DNA of 53,700 nucleotides, from positions 1 to 53,700 of the IMG/VR virus record IMGVR_UViG_3300037504_000611. One strand, written 5' to 3'. Both the position numbers and the translations under genes were made by a program. Positions within the stretch are counted from its first letter, which is position 1, and every line of letters starts with the position of its first letter. Shown here one piece after another: positions 17,876-27,074 of this stretch. Source of the stretch: a virus (taxonomy: Duplodnaviria > Caudoviricetes). The notes under the pieces are model-generated. The model made no database searches and had not been told where the DNA came from. It worked only from the letters and a program-made list of their open reading frames with translations.

Positions 17876-20800
17876 CCTGGCCAGATAGAGACACATACGT
17901 CTACAAGCTGCGCTGCTGGATAGGAGGCGTGCAGTACGCTCTCGCGTCGTTCCCGGCGCGGCGCATCCAGCTTGGGCAGCGGACTACCTGCAGTCTGGAA
18001 CTCACCTCCTCTGTTCCTGGCGCCAATACACCGCAGCCGGTGCGGGTTGATGTCGGGTTGCTGATTGGCGGGTCTGTCACCTGGTATCGATTCGTCACAG
18101 GCTATTTTGTTCATGATCAGACGCGGGGCGGCCCGCAGGCGTGGCGCGGGATTGTCATTGACTGTATGTGGAAACTTGAACAGGCATTGCAGTCAGATAT
18201 AACGTGGTCCAGCACACCCGTCGAAACCGCGCTGCTGGACCTGTTGCAGCGCGCTGGCCTGGACGATAGCGAGATCGGGTTTCTGTTCGCGCCGGGGTCC
18301 GTTTGGAACCTGGGCAATTTTGAGGACATTGTCATTGAGGCAGGCGAGCAGATACGCGGCATTTTTGATCGTGTGCTGGAGCACGCCGGATTGACGTTTT
18401 TCGTCAATGCGGGCGGCGCGGTCAATGTGGTACCGGATGTGTCCATTCCATCGCAGGACGGATCACCGGTTTTTGCCAGCGGCGTTGCGAATGGGTTTGA
18501 ACTCCCTGCTGACACAATAGGCTTTGCCGCGCCGGAACGGCTGTGGACTGATTGGCAGGCTGTCATTATCGAGTACACAGCCACCGGTCCATTGCGCAGC
18601 GACGGGTTTCAACCAAACGCCACGGTTGCCACGAGCATCCTGGACGACGGCGTCGCCGATGGTCGGCAATTTCCGTATTTCCAGACCACGGCGGTTTGCG
18701 AGGCCAGAGGCAGGCAGGTAATACGGCGCTCTGCTGCTCGCACTCGCTCGATCACATTCCAGACCAATTTGCAACCGCTCATCTATCCCTGGCAATCGTG
18801 CAAAATCATCTCGCCCGAGATAGACCTGGACACCGAAACAGGCATCGTTATTCGCAGCAGCGCCAATGACGGCGGGCTGACGACATTTATCGCCGCGTTG
18901 GGCCCGTCTCTTGTGGCAACTGATACCGATATACAGCCTGTGGAGGGAGAGGATGCAGGGGAGGGCGGCACCGGCGGGCTGGGGGACGGAGGGCTGGACC
19001 CGGTCACGGGAGAAATCGCCGGAGTTGAACCGATTGCCAGTATTACTACCACAATAGACGTGGAGCCGCTCTCGGGCAGCGGGAGTATCGCGTATGTGTT
19101 TGCAGATGGGTCGCAATCGCTCAGCAACAACGGCGGCACATTGACCTATTCCTGGACCGCTACTCCCGGCAGCGGGAGCGTCTCTCCCAGCACATCCACA
19201 GAGGTCAGTCCCCTGTTCAAATTCGACACCCTGACTGGCTCTACGCTGGCGCTGACTGTTGCTGAGAGCACAGACCCCACACTGACGAACACCCTGACCA
19301 TAGAACTGGACGGGCCGGATATAGAAGAGTTCACGCGAGTAGTGCAATACGCGCTCGCGGACGGTACCTGGGGCGTAGAGTACAGCACGCAGGCTGGACC
19401 AGCAGAATACACCTCAGACATCCCTGGCGCAACGTTTGATTGCGTTGGCGTGCCACGCTACAACGAGCAAGGGAAGCTGTGGGCGCTGTTTTCAAGCGGC
19501 CTCAACACAGCGCTCTATCGGCGCGAGCCGTCTGATTTTTCGCAGTTCCCTGAGTTTATAGACGCCACAAACTCAGGCGAACAGGGCACCACCTGGCTTG
19601 GAGTGCCGAGCGATATTTTTGTCGGCGAACCGTTTGTAAACGAGCAACTGCTGAACCTCGTACTGGTAGGACTGAGGCAGCCTGTCACTGGCGGGTTCGC
19701 CTATGTTGTCCTCTACAGCACCAATGCCACCGCAGACGTGCCCACATTCCAGCGGAGCGCAGCGTTGCCCACAATCACCGCAACGGCAAGCGTTAATTTT
19801 GGCGCCGTGTTCGTGAGCGCGTACGATAGCAACAGGTTCACAGTATGTGTGGGGCGGTATCTGTTCGAGTCCACCAACCGGGGAAACTCGTGGACTATCG
19901 GCATTACGAACCCTGACGCCAACGCGGTTGCTGAGGATCTGGCGATTGCGCCCTGGGGCACTGCGTGCGTGTTTTCCAATGTGGCCACCGATGCGAACCG
20001 GGTGCGGTTTACCGATGCGAGCCTGTCAGTTGACTGGTCGGGAGTTGTCACCACCGGCATGGAGATGCAAACCATCACGCCACTGCTCGCCAGGGAAGGC
20101 TACAAGGTCGGGAGCAACGACGGGAGTGTATTCCTGTTGCTTTTGTCGGGCTCTGTGTTCACCGCTACTGACATAGCACAAATCAGCAGCGGGAATATAT
20201 TCCGCGGCGTGCGAGATGGCGAGATACCTCTCGCGTTTTTCGCCTCAGACGGAGGCGTCTACAAACAGGCCAACGACGACTCCACACTGGAGAAAATAGT
20301 TAACGGAGACGCCGTGTCGGTGGGGTATGGGGGCATAGGACTGCCCCAACTCAAGCCTGGCATTGAGGTGGTGATAGGCGACAATGACGGCAATGTCTGG
20401 TATTACAATCAGACAGCAGGGTGGCAAAAACAGGTGGTCACGACATCGGGCGTACGCATACGCGAGGTTGTCGCAAACCCATTCAACCCCGATGAGTGGA
20501 TAGCCGTCGGACAGGACGGGGTCCATTACACCAACGACACCGGGAGCACATGGACACAACTGGTAACCGCTTCAGGTACAAGGGATTTCCTCTCGGCGTC
20601 GTTTCACGATTTCGTAGATGGCGCCTGGATGGCGTCAGGCCAGGACGGAAACATTAGAACTGGCACAAACAATGGGCCAGTAACCACCGTGAACAACACG
20701 CTCGGTTGGCAAAACTCGCGCACTATTTTTTGTGTGTCAGGCACAGGAACCGACTGGATACTGGCCGGAGTCCAATCGGGACTGGGCATCGAATTCGGAT

Positions 20801-21390
20801 TGAACACGCATACCGCTACTGGTGTGTCGCTCATTGTCAACAATAAACGCGATGGCGGGCTAGGGCGCGGCACCGCATTCATTGATCGTAGGCCAGGAGA
20901 CAGCCGCGTCATTATTGGTACGGCACGCGCAAGTGCTTCTATTGGGTATTATGTCGTCAAGGACTACAATGTTGACGATCTCATCCTCTACGATGATGAG
21001 TTGAGCACTGGCAATTATTGGAACACATTCGCCAAAGACGGGCTGTACAAATCGGGGGAAAACCTGGACCAGGTGCGGTTTTACTCCTCTCCCCTCACTG
21101 TGCCTCCTTCCTCTCCCCTCGTGCCTATTGATTACCCCGCGTTTACCCTGGTCACGCCAGAGATAAGCGGCACCGTGGGCGCGATACGTGCCGCGCGCCA
21201 GTCCAGAGAGACAATCAAAACACTCGCATGCCGTCGCATATCGGCAAACGAGGCGCTCAATCGCGATTGCCTGGTATTCACCGAGGATGTGGGAGCCTGG
21301 CAAATCCTGACGGGCCCGCAGGTGAGTGACGGACTAGCTAACGGGGGGGACCTGGAAAATAATATCGAGTGCATTCTGAGGCTGACATGA
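17872..21390 (+). CDS. Tail hub/tip protein with PKD/Ig-like and beta-propeller regions
   Basis: About 1172 aa; DGSQSLS...LTYSW PKD-like motif; Asp-boxes ESTNRGNSW, YTNDTGSTW. Confidence 0.7.
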   Translation: MTWPDRDTYVYKLRCWIGGVQYALASFPARRIQLGQRTTCSLELTSSVPGANTPQPVRVDVGLLIGGSVTWYRFVTGYFVHDQTRGGPQAWRGIVIDCMWKLEQALQSDITWSSTPVETALLDLLQRAGLDDSEIGFLFAPGSVWNLGNFEDIVIEAGEQIRGIFDRVLEHAGLTFFVNAGGAVNVVPDVSIPSQDGSPVFASGVANGFELPADTIGFAAPERLWTDWQAVIIEYTATGPLRSDGFQPNATVATSILDDGVADGRQFPYFQTTAVCEARGRQVIRRSAARTRSITFQTNLQPLIYPWQSCKIISPEIDLDTETGIVIRSSANDGGLTTFIAALGPSLVATDTDIQPVEGEDAGEGGTGGLGDGGLDPVTGEIAGVEPIASITTTIDVEPLSGSGSIAYVFADGSQSLSNNGGTLTYSWTATPGSGSVSPSTSTEVSPLFKFDTLTGSTLALTVAESTDPTLTNTLTIELDGPDIEEFTRVVQYALADGTWGVEYSTQAGPAEYTSDIPGATFDCVGVPRYNEQGKLWALFSSGLNTALYRREPSDFSQFPEFIDATNSGEQGTTWLGVPSDIFVGEPFVNEQLLNLVLVGLRQPVTGGFAYVVLYSTNATADVPTFQRSAALPTITATASVNFGAVFVSAYDSNRFTVCVGRYLFESTNRGNSWTIGITNPDANAVAEDLAIAPWGTACVFSNVATDANRVRFTDASLSVDWSGVVTTGMEMQTITPLLAREGYKVGSNDGSVFLLLLSGSVFTATDIAQISSGNIFRGVRDGEIPLAFFASDGGVYKQANDDSTLEKIVNGDAVSVGYGGIGLPQLKPGIEVVIGDNDGNVWYYNQTAGWQKQVVTTSGVRIREVVANPFNPDEWIAVGQDGVHYTNDTGSTWTQLVTASGTRDFLSASFHDFVDGAWMASGQDGNIRTGTNNGPVTTVNNTLGWQNSRTIFCVSGTGTDWILAGVQSGLGIEFGLNTHTATGVSLIVNNKRDGGLGRGTAFIDRRPGDSRVIIGTARASASIGYYVVKDYNVDDLILYDDELSTGNYWNTFAKDGLYKSGENLDQVRFYSSPLTVPPSSPLVPIDYPAFTLVTPEISGTVGAIRAARQSRETIKTLACRRISANEALNRDCLVFTEDVGAWQILTGPQVSDGLANGGDLENNIECILRLT

Positions 21391-22742
21391 GCAACTCACG
21401 GTCCGATTATCTAATGGAGCGACTGCGGCAATTTACCACCGCGAACGATAATAACACACTCGTCCTGGCTGAGCAGCGCGCTGCAACCATTGCGAACACT
21501 ATCGGCATAAATTTAATAAACGAGGATAATATGGTCAATGGAGATGCGGCAGGGAGGCGGCAGGTCGTTGAACCAACAACGCTATACGATTTTCAGCATG
21601 AGTACGACCAGCAACCGGTCACTGAGGAAACACTGGCCACCGGATCGGGGAACACAGCAACGCACAACGCCAATGAGGCAGCGGTGGACATGACGACAGG
21701 GGGCACTGCTACAGGCCGCGTAGTCAGGCAATCCAGGCAATACATACGCTATCAGCCGGGCCGGGCACAACTCATTCTCTGCACCGGTGTGATGGGTGCG
21801 GCGACCGAAAATATCACCCAGCGCATTGGGTACTACGACGACAACAACGGGGTGTTTTTTGAGCAAACGGCAACCGATGTCGCAGTTGTCGTGCGCTCTA
21901 ATACATCTGGCAGCGTTGTGGACACGCGCGTTGCGCAGGCCAGTTGGAACCAGGATGTACTGGACGGCACCGGACCGTCTGGCGTAACACTAGACCTGAC
22001 GAAAAATCAGGTGTTCGTGATCGATTTTCTCTGGCTTGGCACCGCACAGGTACGCTATGGGTTCTACCTGGAGAGCAATACGGGCGATTTCGGCCTGAAA
22101 TGGGCGCACGAGGCGTATTATACCAATACGCAAACGGTGTCTTTTATGCGCACGGCAAATCTCCCCGTTCGTTACGAATTGGTGAATGACACAACGCCGG
22201 TGGCGTTCACGATGAAGGAAATTTGTTCGAGTGTTATCAGTTGGGGGGGCTTCGAGAGCGATCGTGCATTGCCGTTCGCTGCCAGCAATCAGGCGACGTC
22301 CGTTTCCTGCGGCACAGGCGCGCTTACTGGCACGCTGGCTATTCGAGCAGCGGACACGTTCAACAGTCTGGTTAATCGTGCCGGAATACGACCACGCGGC
22401 CTGAACCTGTTCACTGAATCGAGCGGCATCTACTGGCAATTGGTGTATAATCCCACAGTCACCGGAGGCGCATGGGTGAGCGCTGACGCAAACAGTGCTG
22501 TTGAGTACAATGCCACGCTCACCAGTTTTAGCGGCGGCATCGTTATCGAGATGGGGTATCTCCCGGTGGGGGGCGGTAACCAGGATATTGCACAGTTCGT
22601 CCAGGACATTGCAAGCCGCCTGCCCTACGGACTGGACGCGGCGGCAACAGCCGGGAGCGGTACAACGCTCCTCATTGCAGCGCAGGGATTGGGCGGCACG
22701 GCAGATGTGTATTCGGCCCTGATGTGGGACGAAATAAAATAG
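21387..22742 (+). CDS. Minor tail / receptor-binding-like protein
   Basis: 451 aa, beta-rich (RQSRQYIRYQPG, IGYYDDNNGVFF, WLGTAQVRYGF), last structural gene. Confidence 0.6.
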   Translation: MSNSRSDYLMERLRQFTTANDNNTLVLAEQRAATIANTIGINLINEDNMVNGDAAGRRQVVEPTTLYDFQHEYDQQPVTEETLATGSGNTATHNANEAAVDMTTGGTATGRVVRQSRQYIRYQPGRAQLILCTGVMGAATENITQRIGYYDDNNGVFFEQTATDVAVVVRSNTSGSVVDTRVAQASWNQDVLDGTGPSGVTLDLTKNQVFVIDFLWLGTAQVRYGFYLESNTGDFGLKWAHEAYYTNTQTVSFMRTANLPVRYELVNDTTPVAFTMKEICSSVISWGGFESDRALPFAASNQATSVSCGTGALTGTLAIRAADTFNSLVNRAGIRPRGLNLFTESSGIYWQLVYNPTVTGGAWVSADANSAVEYNATLTSFSGGIVIEMGYLPVGGGNQDIAQFVQDIASRLPYGLDAAATAGSGTTLLIAAQGLGGTADVYSALMWDEIK

Positions 22743-22755
22743 CGGGGGCGCATAG

Positions 22756-22944
22756 ATGCATATTCAGGACATTCGCGACCAGTTACCGCTCAATCACCGA
22801 TGGCACGGCGCAACCATCGGCACACGAGGTCAAACGTGGTTCATCACGCTGCACTACAACGGCCCGGAGGTTCCCGCAGCACGCCAGAGCAGAAGCCGGG
22901 TCAGGATTGTCATCGCTCGGCCCGGCTCATCAGCGCGGCTCTGA
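22756..22944 (+). pseudogene. Truncated N-acetylmuramoyl-L-alanine amidase (endolysin) N-terminus
   Basis: MHIQDIRDQLP...FITLHYNGP resembles the first Zn-ligand strand of Amidase_2; lysis position after the tail; no later catalytic motifs seen in any frame. Confidence 0.5.
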
Positions 22945-22949
22945 AAGAT

Positions 22950-23306
22950 TTATGTCCTGCCTCCACACACTGCCATCGTGTCATGTGTGTCGATATCTAT
23001 AACAACACGTTCGTCAACGGTGATAGAACAGGTGACCTCATCGGCAGTCTCACTCAGTGCTACCAGAGTTATTTCCGCACCTTCTACAACGTTGTCTAAT
23101 GTGATTGCCCACGGCAACCGAACAAGCCTGCCGTCCTCCATAAAATCTCTGCCCGGTATCTGGTATCCCACCACGGCGGTACCCTCCCCGCTAACGCGGT
23201 ACACAACTCGGTGAGCGGGCACCACCGTTCGTTTTGAAGTTTGGAGATACAATACCCCGCCGAGCAGAACGATAACCAAAATCAATCCATAGATAAGCTT
23301 TCGCAT
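22950..23306 (-). CDS. MmpS-like membrane-anchored protein
   Basis: N-terminal TM helix, VVYRVSG, VRLPW, VTCSITVDERVV...C pattern. Confidence 0.65.
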   Translation of the reverse strand: MRKLIYGLILVIVLLGGVLYLQTSKRTVVPAHRVVYRVSGEGTAVVGYQIPGRDFMEDGRLVRLPWAITLDNVVEGAEITLVALSETADEVTCSITVDERVVIDIDTHDTMAVCGGRT

Positions 23307-23318
23307 GTTTTATCCTTG

Positions 23319-23528
23319 CTACGCTTCCACTTCCTGTACTTGCTGCTCCAGAGTCGCCAGCACCAGCCGCCGCACGCACGCGGCGCGGCTCTCTCCAGGC
23401 TGGCGTTCGGCTTCGATGCGTTCAATCTCCTGTGCTGAAAATTTACTGCTCACCGTTCTCAGCCAGGGCTTACCTTTAGGCTTGGGGCCGCTCCCTGGAC
23501 GGCGGCCCCCGCGGGTGTGTCTGGTCAT
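23319..23528 (-). CDS. Small DNA-binding protein (GGRRPGSGPKP motif plus RHH-like region)
   Basis: Basic Gly/Arg/Pro motif followed by a strand-helix-helix pattern. Confidence 0.6.
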   Translation of the reverse strand: MTRHTRGGRRPGSGPKPKGKPWLRTVSSKFSAQEIERIEAERQPGESRAACVRRLVLATLEQQVQEVEA

Positions 23529-23537
23529 TTGCAATCG

Positions 23538-23744
23538 TCAATCCACCTGGTCATCGAAGCCGGGTTCTCCGCATTCCCATCCAAACACCAGGTTGTCCTC
23601 GTTGTCACTGTACAGTCCGCCGCTCTGGTCATACCACTGTACCAATTCCAGGTTGTTCTCAACCGCTACGTCGTGTGCTGTTTTGCCATCCGTCATCTGC
23701 GCGTTCAGTGCATCAATTCGTTTCTGCGTCATTACGTTTGCCAT
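23538..23744 (-). CDS. Small acidic hypothetical protein
   Basis: 68 aa, SD AAGGA, first gene after the promoter at 23787-23815. Confidence 0.65.
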   Translation of the reverse strand: MANVMTQKRIDALNAQMTDGKTAHDVAVENNLELVQWYDQSGGLYSDNEDNLVFGWECGEPGFDDQVD

Positions 23745-23786
23745 TGTGTGTGTCCTTTCAGTAATGTGTATCCTTAACATGAATAC

Positions 23787-23815
23787 AGTATACACTATTC
23801 AACGCTGTTTGTCAA
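23787..23815 (-). promoter_or_regulatory. Sigma70 promoter with a palindromic operator
   Basis: TTGACA-17-TATACT; imperfect palindrome gaatacagtatacactattc at 23781-23800 over the -10. Confidence 0.8.
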
Positions 23816-23847
23816 GGCTTCAGAAAGCCAAATAGGAAGAGTTTTGT

Positions 23848-24000
23848 TCAATCCAGCGTCTTTGCTCGGACGAACCCGCTAATCCGCGCCGCTGCCTCCT
23901 CGGTTCCGGCCCGGTGGCCGTGGCCGTAGCCGAGTCGATACGCGGCGACCAGGAGTGCGAGAAGCACCACCAGCGCTACAATGCCCAGACACTCAATCAT
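23848..24000 (-). CDS. Small single-TM protein
   Basis: MIECLGIVALVVLLALLVAAYRLG..., overlaps the ATPase stop. Confidence 0.55.
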   Translation of the reverse strand: MIECLGIVALVVLLALLVAAYRLGYGHGHRAGTEEAAARISGFVRAKTLD

Positions 24001-25462
24001 TGCGCACCGCCTCCCGAATGACGGCCTGTGCCTGCTGGCTGGCTTCGGTGTAGCGCCTGCCGTTCCTTGCGCCGCTGATCTCCCTGGCAATCTCTGCAAT
24101 ACTGGCCCCTCCAGCGAACATGTCAAGAACACGGCGCTCTGCTGCGGTATGCGCTTTTACCGAAGTGTTGCCAGCGTCTTGCCGTGGCATCGCTATGTCA
24201 ATGGTTTCCGCCTGCTGGTGCAGGTCGTCCGGCAACAGTCTGGCAATGCCTTCATTGCTGGCGAGTGGCACCCGTGCTAGTGTTGCGCGGGGCGTCGCTG
24301 CGCTGCGCAACAGCACCACGCCCTGGCCGAGTTGCTCTTCATAGGTAAACACGTCACGCTTGGGCATATCCAGCAATCGTACCACGCTATCCGCAGCGCC
24401 GCCGGAATAGTAGCACGAGCGCAGGTTATCCCGCACCTCGCCGGGTGTCTTGAGCACATCCGTGAGCAGGGATTGCGAACTGGTGACAACATACAAAAAG
24501 ACCTTCCGCCCCTCCTGTAGGAGCTTTGCCAGCGTGGCCATCGCCCCTGGCACATTGGCAATAATGGCGGGCAATTCGTCAACGTAGCACACCAGCGGAG
24601 CGCCCCATTTCTCGCCCGCTTCACGCAGGTCATAGCGTCGCCGCATCTCGCTATCCAGCCAGACAAACAGGTCTTGTATGTCGCCTGCCTTACGCGCTGG
24701 GGCCAGCTTCAACCGCCGCGCGATAGGTCGCCAGTCCTCACCCGACTCGGCGTCGAGTTCGGCGAAGTGCGGGTCGGCCAGCACGCACGGCACCTTGCAC
24801 GCTAACAGTTGGGCCAGCAGCAGCCTGCCCGTGTTGCTCTTGCCTCCGCCCGTGTTGCCGACGATGCCCGTGTGCATCAGTGCTGCTGCTGGCACCGTGA
24901 GCGGTTTCCCGTCCTCGCCCAGCCCCAACAGCAGCCGCCTGGGCGACGGCACAAAGTCCAGGTCGGCCAGGTCAATCAATCCAGGCAAACCGGACGCAGG
25001 CTGCTCATCTGGCACGCTCGCGGTATCGCCAGGTATGGCTTTGCTGCTGGTGTGCGGCGCATAGGCAATGTGCGGGGCGTAATGGTGCGCTGGCAAGGCG
25101 TGCTGATACTGGGCTTGTGCAATTAGTACACGCTCTTTGCTGGCAAGCTCCCGCATCGCATAGCGTCGCTCGAAGTTCAGCCCCCGTGCCCAGTTCCACC
25201 CGGCCAACGAGACGAACCCGAACACCGCCAGACTGAAGCCGACCAGGCCAATCACGGCCACCGAAGCCGCGCTTACGAGCACAGCGTCAAACACCGGCTG
25301 CTGGTGCTCCTGCCAGCGCCGCTCCTGCTGGCGTTCCAGCGCCAACATTGCGCGTGCGTGGCTGTTCTCTATCTGGCGGCGCTCTGCTGCCTCAGGGTCC
25401 AGTGTGACTGCCAGGAGCCACACCGCAACGAAGACAACAGACAACGGTATCAGTTTTTCCAT
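23993..25462 (-). CDS. Membrane FtsK/HerA-superfamily ATPase (TraB-like TM-ATPase-HTH architecture)
   Basis: Two N-terminal hydrophobic segments, Walker A GNTGGGKS, Walker B YVDELP, QEGRK...TSSQS, C-terminal HTH (GASIAEIAREI). Confidence 0.8.
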   Translation of the reverse strand: MEKLIPLSVVFVAVWLLAVTLDPEAAERRQIENSHARAMLALERQQERRWQEHQQPVFDAVLVSAASVAVIGLVGFSLAVFGFVSLAGWNWARGLNFERRYAMRELASKERVLIAQAQYQHALPAHHYAPHIAYAPHTSSKAIPGDTASVPDEQPASGLPGLIDLADLDFVPSPRRLLLGLGEDGKPLTVPAAALMHTGIVGNTGGGKSNTGRLLLAQLLACKVPCVLADPHFAELDAESGEDWRPIARRLKLAPARKAGDIQDLFVWLDSEMRRRYDLREAGEKWGAPLVCYVDELPAIIANVPGAMATLAKLLQEGRKVFLYVVTSSQSLLTDVLKTPGEVRDNLRSCYYSGGAADSVVRLLDMPKRDVFTYEEQLGQGVVLLRSAATPRATLARVPLASNEGIARLLPDDLHQQAETIDIAMPRQDAGNTSVKAHTAAERRVLDMFAGGASIAEIAREISGARNGRRYTEASQQAQAVIREAVRND

Positions 25463-25494
25463 AGTGTGACCCTTCCAATTGGATAACACGCGTT

Positions 25495-25791
25495 TTATAC
25501 GCTAATCCCCACGTCCCAAAAATCGTCACCGTCGTCGCTCACTGGCGCTGCTGGTGGTGCCTGCTGCCGGGGTTGCGCCAGTGCCGCCAATTCGCGGCGC
25601 AATGCGTCGGAGATCGTATCGCTCTCCAGAACCTTGTGTACTTCTCCGCGATGCTGCTGCACGTCACACCCCAGGCGATACAGCCCCAGGATGATGACCC
25701 CGCGCACGGCAAACGACGGATCGCCATGCGCCAGGATATCCTCACGCAGCGCTTCGGTTACACGAGCGAACAGCATGCCCCGTCGTGTCAT
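25495..25791 (-). CDS. Putative ParR-like adaptor
   Basis: 98 aa coupled to parM (ATGA), RHH-like N-terminus, acidic-hydrophobic tail DDFWDVGISV. Confidence 0.5.
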   Translation of the reverse strand: MTRRGMLFARVTEALREDILAHGDPSFAVRGVIILGLYRLGCDVQQHRGEVHKVLESDTISDALRRELAALAQPRQQAPPAAPVSDDGDDFWDVGISV

Positions 25792-26762
25792 TTGCCCGCC
25801 TTTGCTATGCGCTGCGCCAGATACGCATAGCCGCGAGCGACGGCCATTTGTGGCTCTGCTACCACATGCGCGTGCGGGAACTTGCGTTGTATCGCATCAG
25901 TCAATTGCGGCAATTCAGCCCCACCGCCGCCGATCAGGATGGTATCCAGGTGTGCCCCATTTTTCCAGCGTTCAACCAGACGGGAGGCAACGGTTTCGCC
26001 GTGCTGCGACAGAGGCGTGTCCCATCCATCCGGCAACGCCACCCGTTTCCCGCGTATCTTGAGGCATTTATTACGAATAACCTCATCGGTTTCCTGGAGC
26101 GTCAGGTTGCGCCCTGAGAAGTTGCTCAAACGGCTTCGCACCGCGCCCAACGGCTCTGACGTGCCGATGTCCCAGGTGTCCAGGCTGCCCGACACCGGAC
26201 GCTTACCCTTGACCTCACTCACGTCTATGGTGAGGTGCCCCATATCCACAACGCCCACGCGCCCGGACGCCAGCGCCTCATCACCTACCACTGCCCCCGT
26301 GCTATCGAGCAACGCAGAATAAAGGAGGCCAAGCGGCTCGGCAATCACCCGTATCTCTGTGAACGTGTCCGATCCTTCACGCAGGCGGGCACCGAGTGCC
26401 TGGGCCTTGCTCATATCCTCGGCCTGGTTCGCGGGTAGTCCGGTCACGCACACGCCCGGGTCAGCACCGTTCAAACTGGCGCGTTGCAATGCGCTGCGCA
26501 CCAGCACCGGAATAAACCGACCGTCATTGAGCCGCCCGACGGACAGGTCGGTCAGTGGGCTGCCTATCTCCACATCCTCGCCCGTCCAGAACTGTTGACC
26601 GCCGTGTTCCGTGACCACCGCGTTGTCGATTGCCCCTGCCAGTTCAGGCGCAGCAAAAGCAATCACCGATGGGAACACCAGCGAACACTGTTCCGAACCG
26701 TCCTCGTTGAGTACCACGTACTTAGTAAAGCCGTGCCCAACATTCAAGCCGTGTACCAACAT
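25788..26762 (-). CDS. parM: ParM/StbA-family actin-like partition ATPase
   Basis: GLNVGHGFTK, CVTGLP, AEPLG, VVDMGHLTID, IGGGGAE, MAVARGY; start at 26762 with SD AAGGAG. Confidence 0.85.
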   Translation of the reverse strand: MLVHGLNVGHGFTKYVVLNEDGSEQCSLVFPSVIAFAAPELAGAIDNAVVTEHGGQQFWTGEDVEIGSPLTDLSVGRLNDGRFIPVLVRSALQRASLNGADPGVCVTGLPANQAEDMSKAQALGARLREGSDTFTEIRVIAEPLGLLYSALLDSTGAVVGDEALASGRVGVVDMGHLTIDVSEVKGKRPVSGSLDTWDIGTSEPLGAVRSRLSNFSGRNLTLQETDEVIRNKCLKIRGKRVALPDGWDTPLSQHGETVASRLVERWKNGAHLDTILIGGGGAELPQLTDAIQRKFPHAHVVAEPQMAVARGYAYLAQRIAKAGK

Positions 26763-26799
26763 ACCCCCCCCACTCCTTTCTCGATAGAACGCTGCTCGT

Positions 26800-26843
26800 A
26801 TCATACCTGCTTGTCTATCAGTTGTCAATCAATCGATAGACAA
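26800..26843 (-). promoter_or_regulatory. parM promoter overlapped by an inverted repeat (parC/operator candidate)
   Basis: TTGACA (26828-26823)-17-TATGAT (26805-26800); TTGTCTATC 26811-26819 / GATAGACAA 26835-26843. Confidence 0.7.
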
Positions 26844-27001
26844 TTCCTTCAAAATTGCCCCGAAAACCCCTTGACAACCCTGCCCGGCGCGGCACCCCAA
26901 AAGCCGCGCGCTTTGACCCGGTGCCGTCAGGATTGACGGTCGAAGCCGTTGCCCGCGCCATTGATGCGGCATGGGAGCGATAGACAACTCCAAGCGATAA
27001 C

Positions 27002-27031
27002 GAAAGCCCCTGGCGTCGTGCCAGGGGCTTC
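27002..27031 (-). terminator. Intrinsic terminator
   Basis: 11-bp perfect stem AAGCCCCTGGC/GCCAGGGGCTT downstream of the leftward operon. Confidence 0.7.
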
Positions 27032-27074
27032 ATGTTGCCTGACAGTGGGTATATCACGCTGCCTGACAATCTGT

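Noticed and set aside
22885-22945. Hammerhead ribozyme on the - strand (CTGATGAG followed by a stem)
   Set aside because: The stem is followed by TTCT rather than the required GAAA, so the core is incomplete
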